In this document: piece by piece, positions 58,942 to 64,000 of the stretch | Layout of the letters: every line of letters starts with the position of its first letter | How positions within the stretch are numbered: position 1 is the stretch's first letter | Source of the DNA: an uncultured Gammaproteobacteria bacterium | GTDB lineage: Bacteria > Patescibacteriota > Microgenomatia > Daviesbacterales > UBA10151 | Direction: 5' to 3' | Assembly (NCBI GenBank): GCA_964500725.1 | Contig: CAZCNP010000006.1 | Span: 3,634-67,633, forward strand | DNA length: 64,000 nucleotides | Position numbers and translations under genes: made by a program | The notes under the pieces: model-generated | Database searches by the model: none | Seen by the model: the letters and a program-made list of their open reading frames with translations, nothing else | What the model was told of the DNA's origin: nothing

Positions 58942-61900
58942 TTTGTCTCCTTTTCTTCCATCTGAGCACTTGCATCTATTACTTCAAAAGAGCTATCTGG
59001 AGCTTCCAGTTCTGCTTCCTCGGCAGTCGACTTCATCCCCAAAGCCTCCCCCAGTTGAGCTACTTCTGCAGTAATTTCTTTTTTCTCTTCTGTCTCCTGG
59101 ACCTCTTGCACAATCTTGGCTCCCAGAGTCTCCACATTTAGATTTAGAGCCTGCAATTCTTTGACCAAAACCTTAAAAGATTCTGGAATCAAAGCTTGAG
59201 GAATATCAATTCCTTTAACAATGGCTTCAAAAGCCTTTGCCCTACCAACCACATCATCTGATTTAATAGTCAACATTTCTTGTAAAATATTGGCAGCTCC
59301 ATATGCTTCTAGCGCCCAAACTTCCATCTCTCCCAAACGCTGACCTCCCATTTGGGCCTTACCGCCAAGTGGCTGTTGAGTAACTAGGGAGTAAGGACCA
59401 GTGGAACGAGCGTGAATCTTTTCTTCCACCATGTGGATCAATTTCAAGATGTAATTTATGCCTACAACAATAGGATTTCCGAATGGCTCTCCTGTTCTAC
59501 CATCATAAAGTTGAGTTTTACCGTCAGCAGAATAACCAGCTTTTTTAAGCTCTTCGATTAACTTATCTTCAGGGATTTTCTCAAAAACAGGAGCAGCTAT
59601 CTTATATCCTAATTTCTTGCCGGCAAATGCCCAGTGAGTTTCCAAAAGCTGCCCTAAGTTCATTCTGGATAAAACTGATAGGGGAGAAATAATAATATCA
59701 ATAGGTGTACCGTCTTTAAGATGAGGCATATCAGCAACTGGTACTATTCTGGAAATAACTCCCTTATTACCATGACGGCCAGCTAATTTGTCTCCGGCAG
59801 TCACTTTTCTAAGCTGCGCAACTTTGACTTTAATTCTCATCAATGTCCCTGTATCAAGCTCATCTCCTTCATCACGCGAAAGAATTTGCACCCCAATTAC
59901 TGTGCCTCGCTCGCCATGAGGAACACGAAGCGATGTGTCTCTAACTTCTTTGGCTTTTTCTCCAAAAATGGCTCTAAGTAGTCTTTCCTCAGCAGTAAGC
60001 TCTGTTTCTCCTTTAGGCTGGACTTTACCTACCAAGATATCATTTGGCCCTACTTCTGCTCCAATTCTGACAATTCCTTTATCATCCAAATTTACCAAAG
60101 CCTCCTCTGACACATTTGGAATATCGGAAGTAAGCTCTTCTGGCCCTAATTTAGTCTCTACTACATCAACCTCATATTCTTCAATATGAATTGAGGTTAA
60201 AACATCATCTTTAACTAATCTATCTGAAATAACAATAGCATCCTCATACCCCAAACCATCAAAACTCATGTAAGCAATCAACAAATTCTGACCTAAAGCT
60301 AACTCCCCATTTTCGCAGGCTGCGCCATCAACTAATAAATCACCTTTTTTCACTTTATTCCCCACATTTACTACTGGTCTTTGAGAATAGCAAGTGCCTT
60401 GAGGTGAATGAACGAACTTTTTAATATCAATTTTAATTTCTTCCTTTTTGGTCTTTAAGATAATATTTTTTCCGTCTGCATATTTGATTACCCCGTCATC
60501 AGAAGCTCTAACTACTCTGCCCATATTATCAGCAACTACTCTTTCCATACCTGTACCAGAAATAGGCGCAGAAGGTCTGAGCAGGGGAACTGCCTGACAC
60601 TGCATTTGGGTACCCATCAAAGCTCTGTTGGCATCATCATTGGCCAAAAACGGAATCAAAGATGCTGAGGTACCAAAAATTTGTTGTGGGGAAATATCAA
60701 TTAGGGAAATATCTTTAGTCGGACCTTCAAAAAAGCTACCTTGATAACGGGTTGGGACTCTATCATCCAAAATATATCCTTTATCGTCTATACTTATAGT
60801 TGCCTCAGTAATATGATAGTCCTCCTCATCATCTGCAGTCAGATATGTTACCTCATCAGTTACCTTAGGTTTATCTTTTTGCATTACCACTTTTCGGTAT
60901 GGCGTTTCCAAGAAACCATATTCGTTAATTCGGGCATAAAGAGCCAGATAGGTAACCAGTCCTATGTTTTGACCCTCAGGGCTTCTGATAGGATCAATTC
61001 TACCGTATTGAGAATGATTAATATCACGAACTGAAAAAGAAGCTCTATCCCTGGTAATCCCACCTGCTCCCATAACAGAAAGTCTTCTTAAATGATCTAG
61101 TTCAGACAAAGGATTTACCTGATCTAAAATTGATGAAAGTTGGGAAGAACGGAAAAACTCATTAATTGCAGCAATGACTGGTTTAGCATTAATCAAACCT
61201 CCAGGTGAAACTTCTTGATCAACAGCGGTTAAACTCATTCTTTCCTTAATAATACGCTCAAGTCTTAAGACTCCAATTCTAAAAGCATTCTGTTGAACTA
61301 ACTCTCCTGCGCATCTGACACGTCTGTTTGCCAGATGATCTATATCATCCAGCCTTCCTTCCCCTTTGCTTAACTTAATTAGGTATATTAAAGTGGCAAT
61401 AATATCTTCTTTGGTTAAAATCCAATTTTCAGGTACATTAGGTAAATCTAAATTCAATCTTTTGTTAACTTTATATCTACCAACCTTTATAAGGTTATAT
61501 CTTCTGGGGTTAAAAAACATTCCATCAAGCAAAGCTTTTGCATTATCTAAGACTACTGGATCCCCTGGGCGCATTTTTCTAAAAATTTCCAAAAGCGCTT
61601 CCTCTGTATTAGCAGTTGGATCTTTAGCAAGGGTTGTCTCAATAAATTTATCCTCACCGTTATCAACATCTTTAAATAAGTTGGCAATTGACTCATTATC
61701 AGAAAAGCCTAAAGCACGAAGTAGTGTGGTAGCGGCAAATTTCCTTCTTCTATCAATTTTAGCTGTTAATACTCCACCTCGGGTGATAGAAAATTCCAAC
61801 CATGATCCTCTGTAAGGACGAATCTCTGCCGAGAATAGTCTTCTTCCAGTAATTGGATCATCAGATGCTTGGAAAAATACTCCTGGTGAGCGGACTAGTT

Positions 61901-62306
61901 GATTAATGATAACCCTCTCTACACCATTGATAATAAATGTACCTTTATCAGTCATCTGAGGAATATCGCCTAAAAAGACATCTTGTTTGTATCTTTGTCC
62001 TGTTTGTTTGTTAGTTAAAATTGCCTCAATTTTTAAAGGAGCATCATAGGTGATACCTTTTTCTTTAGCTGCCTCAGAAGTATACTTAGCTTTACCGAAA
62101 TAAAAAGACCCTAGCTCTAGGGTCCAATTTTTGCCTGTAAAATCCTCAACAGGAGAAATTTCTTTTAAGACTTCAGCGATTCCAGTTTGCAAAAACCAAT
62201 TGTATGAGTCTAATTGAATTTGAATTAAATTAAGTTCAGGAACTAAAAAAGGTGCTTTGCTCCAATATTTACGTATATTTGTTACATTAGATGCGCTAAT
62301 CGACAT
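58938..62306 (-). CDS. rpoB: RNA polymerase beta subunit
   Basis: GTFIING.ER, DDIDHL, GDKLAGRHGNKG, QQPLGGKAQ.GGQRLGEMEVWALEAYGA. Confidence 0.98.
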   Translation of the reverse strand: MSISASNVTNIRKYWSKAPFLVPELNLIQIQLDSYNWFLQTGIAEVLKEISPVEDFTGKNWTLELGSFYFGKAKYTSEAAKEKGITYDAPLKIEAILTNKQTGQRYKQDVFLGDIPQMTDKGTFIINGVERVIINQLVRSPGVFFQASDDPITGRRLFSAEIRPYRGSWLEFSITRGGVLTAKIDRRRKFAATTLLRALGFSDNESIANLFKDVDNGEDKFIETTLAKDPTANTEEALLEIFRKMRPGDPVVLDNAKALLDGMFFNPRRYNLIKVGRYKVNKRLNLDLPNVPENWILTKEDIIATLIYLIKLSKGEGRLDDIDHLANRRVRCAGELVQQNAFRIGVLRLERIIKERMSLTAVDQEVSPGGLINAKPVIAAINEFFRSSQLSSILDQVNPLSELDHLRRLSVMGAGGITRDRASFSVRDINHSQYGRIDPIRSPEGQNIGLVTYLALYARINEYGFLETPYRKVVMQKDKPKVTDEVTYLTADDEEDYHITEATISIDDKGYILDDRVPTRYQGSFFEGPTKDISLIDISPQQIFGTSASLIPFLANDDANRALMGTQMQCQAVPLLRPSAPISGTGMERVVADNMGRVVRASDDGVIKYADGKNIILKTKKEEIKIDIKKFVHSPQGTCYSQRPVVNVGNKVKKGDLLVDGAACENGELALGQNLLIAYMSFDGLGYEDAIVISDRLVKDDVLTSIHIEEYEVDVVETKLGPEELTSDIPNVSEEALVNLDDKGIVRIGAEVGPNDILVGKVQPKGETELTAEERLLRAIFGEKAKEVRDTSLRVPHGERGTVIGVQILSRDEGDELDTGTLMRIKVKVAQLRKVTAGDKLAGRHGNKGVISRIVPVADMPHLKDGTPIDIIISPLSVLSRMNLGQLLETHWAFAGKKLGYKIAAPVFEKIPEDKLIEELKKAGYSADGKTQLYDGRTGEPFGNPIVVGINYILKLIHMVEEKIHARSTGPYSLVTQQPLGGKAQMGGQRLGEMEVWALEAYGAANILQEMLTIKSDDVVGRAKAFEAIVKGIDIPQALIPESFKVLVKELQALNLNVETLGAKIVQEVQETEEKKEITAEVAQLGEALGMKSTAEEAELEAPDSSFEVIDASAQMEEKETK

Positions 62307-62433
62307 TTGTAGATGGCCTTTTTATCCTGTTAAGCAGTAACAGGAGTCAATCAACAAAAGGAAGCATACGTATCCGTACGCCTCCATTTTTTGTATTGAA
62401 TTATGTTAAATTTAGCATAAATGATCCTCTTAG

Positions 62434-62808
62434 TCAAGTAGTCAAAAGTGGGGACAAAAAGTATGCTCGAGCTTCTCTTTCATCCTGCTTCATTTGTCTT
62501 ATAAGATCATTCGCGGATCTAAATTGCTGATTTTCGCGAATCTTCTTAATTAATTTAACAGATATCCAATGATTATAAATATTCTGGTTGAAATCCAGAA
62601 TATAAGTTTCTGATAAGAACTTTTTTTCATCAAAAGTTTTAACTGTACCAATAAAAGTAAGTGAAAAATATATGTTATTTTTAATTTTAGTTTTGGAAAT
62701 ATATACACCTTCTGGAATTTTTTTACTTAAATTTACATTAGCTGTAGGAAATCCTAATTTTTTTCCTCTAAGATTTGCTTTTCTGACTTTCCCCCAAAAC
62801 CTATACAT
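62434..62808 (-). CDS. stand-alone riboflavin kinase domain
   Basis: G..LGFPTAN, GVY, ET.ILDF..NIY, IR....F.S...L..Q...D (RibF C-terminal domain only). Confidence 0.88.
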   Translation of the reverse strand: MYRFWGKVRKANLRGKKLGFPTANVNLSKKIPEGVYISKTKIKNNIYFSLTFIGTVKTFDEKKFLSETYILDFNQNIYNHWISVKLIKKIRENQQFRSANDLIRQMKQDEREARAYFLSPLLTT

Positions 62809-62809
62809 A

Positions 62810-63766
62810 TTATGGATTATTGGCTACATTTTGGTCATGTTCTTCCAAAGTTTTAGCATAATATGAGTTTCCTTTTAAATTATGATAATAATATAAATAA
62901 GGAGTATTTGGATTAGCATTAGCCACCGCTTCTAAAGAAGACAGCGAGGGATTAGCAATAGGGGCAGGCGGTAAACCCTTATATAAATAGGTATTAAAGG
63001 GGGATTCTATTTTTTTATCCTCTAGGGTTAAATGCCTTTTCCACCAGCTTTTTTCTTGTGGTTGATATCCTAGAATATATTGCAGGGTAGCATCAGCATT
63101 TAAACCCATATCAATCTTAAACCTTTTCAGCAATATACTAGCCACCTCTGTTCTAACTTTGTCTGACCTGGCTTCCCTCTCAACAATCGAGGCTAAAATT
63201 ACTCCTTGGGCTTCAGTTAATCCTTTAGAACGAATTTGCAACCTCAACTCCTCTGTAAATCTTTTATCAAATGTCTTTTTTAAAATATTTACAACATATT
63301 CTACAGTTGCCTCTTTAGGGAACAGATAGGTATCAGGAAACATATATCCTTCTTTGGCAGTTTTTAGAAATTCTTTTTTGTCAATTTTTAGCTCTTTATT
63401 TAATTTATCTGCCATCTCCTCAATACGCCAACCCTCAATTAAAGTCACCCAAATATCTTCACTGCCTGTTTGCAAAGCTTCTATTAACTTAGGCACAGAC
63501 ATTGAGGGAGAAAGCTTATGAGATCCCGCCTGGAGTTTACTTGTTAAATTATTCTGTTTGACATAAACTTTAAATACCAGTTCTGACCTGATCAAACCCT
63601 CATCTTTTAATTTTTTGGCAATAGTAGAAACCCCAGCCCCTTTTTCTATAACAAAAACTTTAGAAGACGCATCAGTTGAAACTGCAGATAATTGAGCATC
63701 CCACCAACCTCTTATCAAAAAGAATAAAATTATCAAAATTAAAAAACCCCAAATTATTTTTTTCAT
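62810..63766 (-). CDS. mltG: endolytic transglycosylase MltG
   Basis: EGYMFPDTY, LASIVEREA, L.ADAT, SPFNTY...GLPP.PI.NP. Confidence 0.93.
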   Translation of the reverse strand: MKKIIWGFLILIILFFLIRGWWDAQLSAVSTDASSKVFVIEKGAGVSTIAKKLKDEGLIRSELVFKVYVKQNNLTSKLQAGSHKLSPSMSVPKLIEALQTGSEDIWVTLIEGWRIEEMADKLNKELKIDKKEFLKTAKEGYMFPDTYLFPKEATVEYVVNILKKTFDKRFTEELRLQIRSKGLTEAQGVILASIVEREARSDKVRTEVASILLKRFKIDMGLNADATLQYILGYQPQEKSWWKRHLTLEDKKIESPFNTYLYKGLPPAPIANPSLSSLEAVANANPNTPYLYYYHNLKGNSYYAKTLEEHDQNVANNP

Positions 63767-64000
63767 TGACTCGGTAAGGAATCCAAATAATCCTGTAAAA
63801 TTATAGCAGCAGCAGTATCATCATTGATATGGCGCTTAAGCTTAGGAGTATTGAGCTTAATTAGTTGATCAAGCGCTCTTTTGGAGGATAAAGTTTCATC
63901 AGCAGACGTAACATCAAATCCTCTTTTTTTCAAAGCATTAACAAATCCATTAATATATTTACCAATTTTGCCTTCTGGCAAGCCAATAATTATTTTTTGG
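63763..64000 (-). CDS. ruvX: YqgF/RuvX family nuclease, 5' part outside the window
   Basis: IIGLPEG, DETLSS..A, D..AAAIILQDYLD; upstream of mltG. Confidence 0.85.
   Translation of the reverse strand, partial: QKIIIGLPEGKIGKYINGFVNALKKRGFDVTSADETLSSKRALDQLIKLNTPKLKRHINDDTAAAIILQDYLDSLPSQ

Noticed and set aside
33595-62306. Numerous plus-strand ORFs of 60-170 aa opposite ribosomal, EF and RNAP genes
   Set aside because: These are antisense shadow frames of conserved genes with no recognisable motifs (except the real gene at 49070-49303).
62322-62387. uORF MEAYGYVCFLLLIDSCYCLTG upstream of rpoB
   Set aside because: It has no SD or codon run and coincides with hairpins; likely chance.
1-64000. 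CRISPR array, rRNA, transposase/integrase, prophage or retron/RT
   Set aside because: I saw no regularly spaced repeats, rRNA-like sequence or corresponding protein motifs.

Overview
AT-rich bacterial chromosome segment read with genetic code 11. It is most likely Patescibacteria/CPR, Microgenomates-like; this is an inference from the missing rpmD/L30 between rpsE and rplO, the N-terminally shortened L2, the archaeal-type AspRS and the DUF3048 and HTH-NTase genes. The right half (33.6-62.3 kb, minus strand) is the rpoBC-str-S10-spc-alpha supercluster. It is interrupted by a 67-aa orphan, a stand-alone GreA N-terminal coiled-coil gene, a Phd/RelE toxin-antitoxin pair and an antisense PUR-family gene. 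The left half carries aspS, tkt, DAHP synthase, prephenate dehydratase, recJ, a CCA enzyme, secDF, RNase P RNA, miaA, GT-C glycosyltransferases, an ABC exporter with an embedded TrpR-like gene, HU, rny, recX/recA, tRNA-Pro(GGG) and metK with a SAM-I/IV riboswitch. The most striking signal is RNA-level amino-acid sensing that the ORF track does not show. (i) Two paralogous, covarying, non-canonical T-box-like leaders (1.8-2.1 kb + and 26.85-27.1 kb -) each precede an orphan ORF, and the two ORFs share an N-terminal motif. (ii) Three consecutive ribosome-dependent attenuators carry leader peptides: YFWFYF before DAHP synthase, FFFF before pheA, and an Ile/Leu/Val-rich leader before three orphan ORFs. 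Other oddities are a tRNA with a compensated A19-U56 elbow, frequent leaderless promoters, 7-nt-period repeats inside genes and rifamycin-pocket substitutions in RpoB. All calls were made by eye; no database searches were run.
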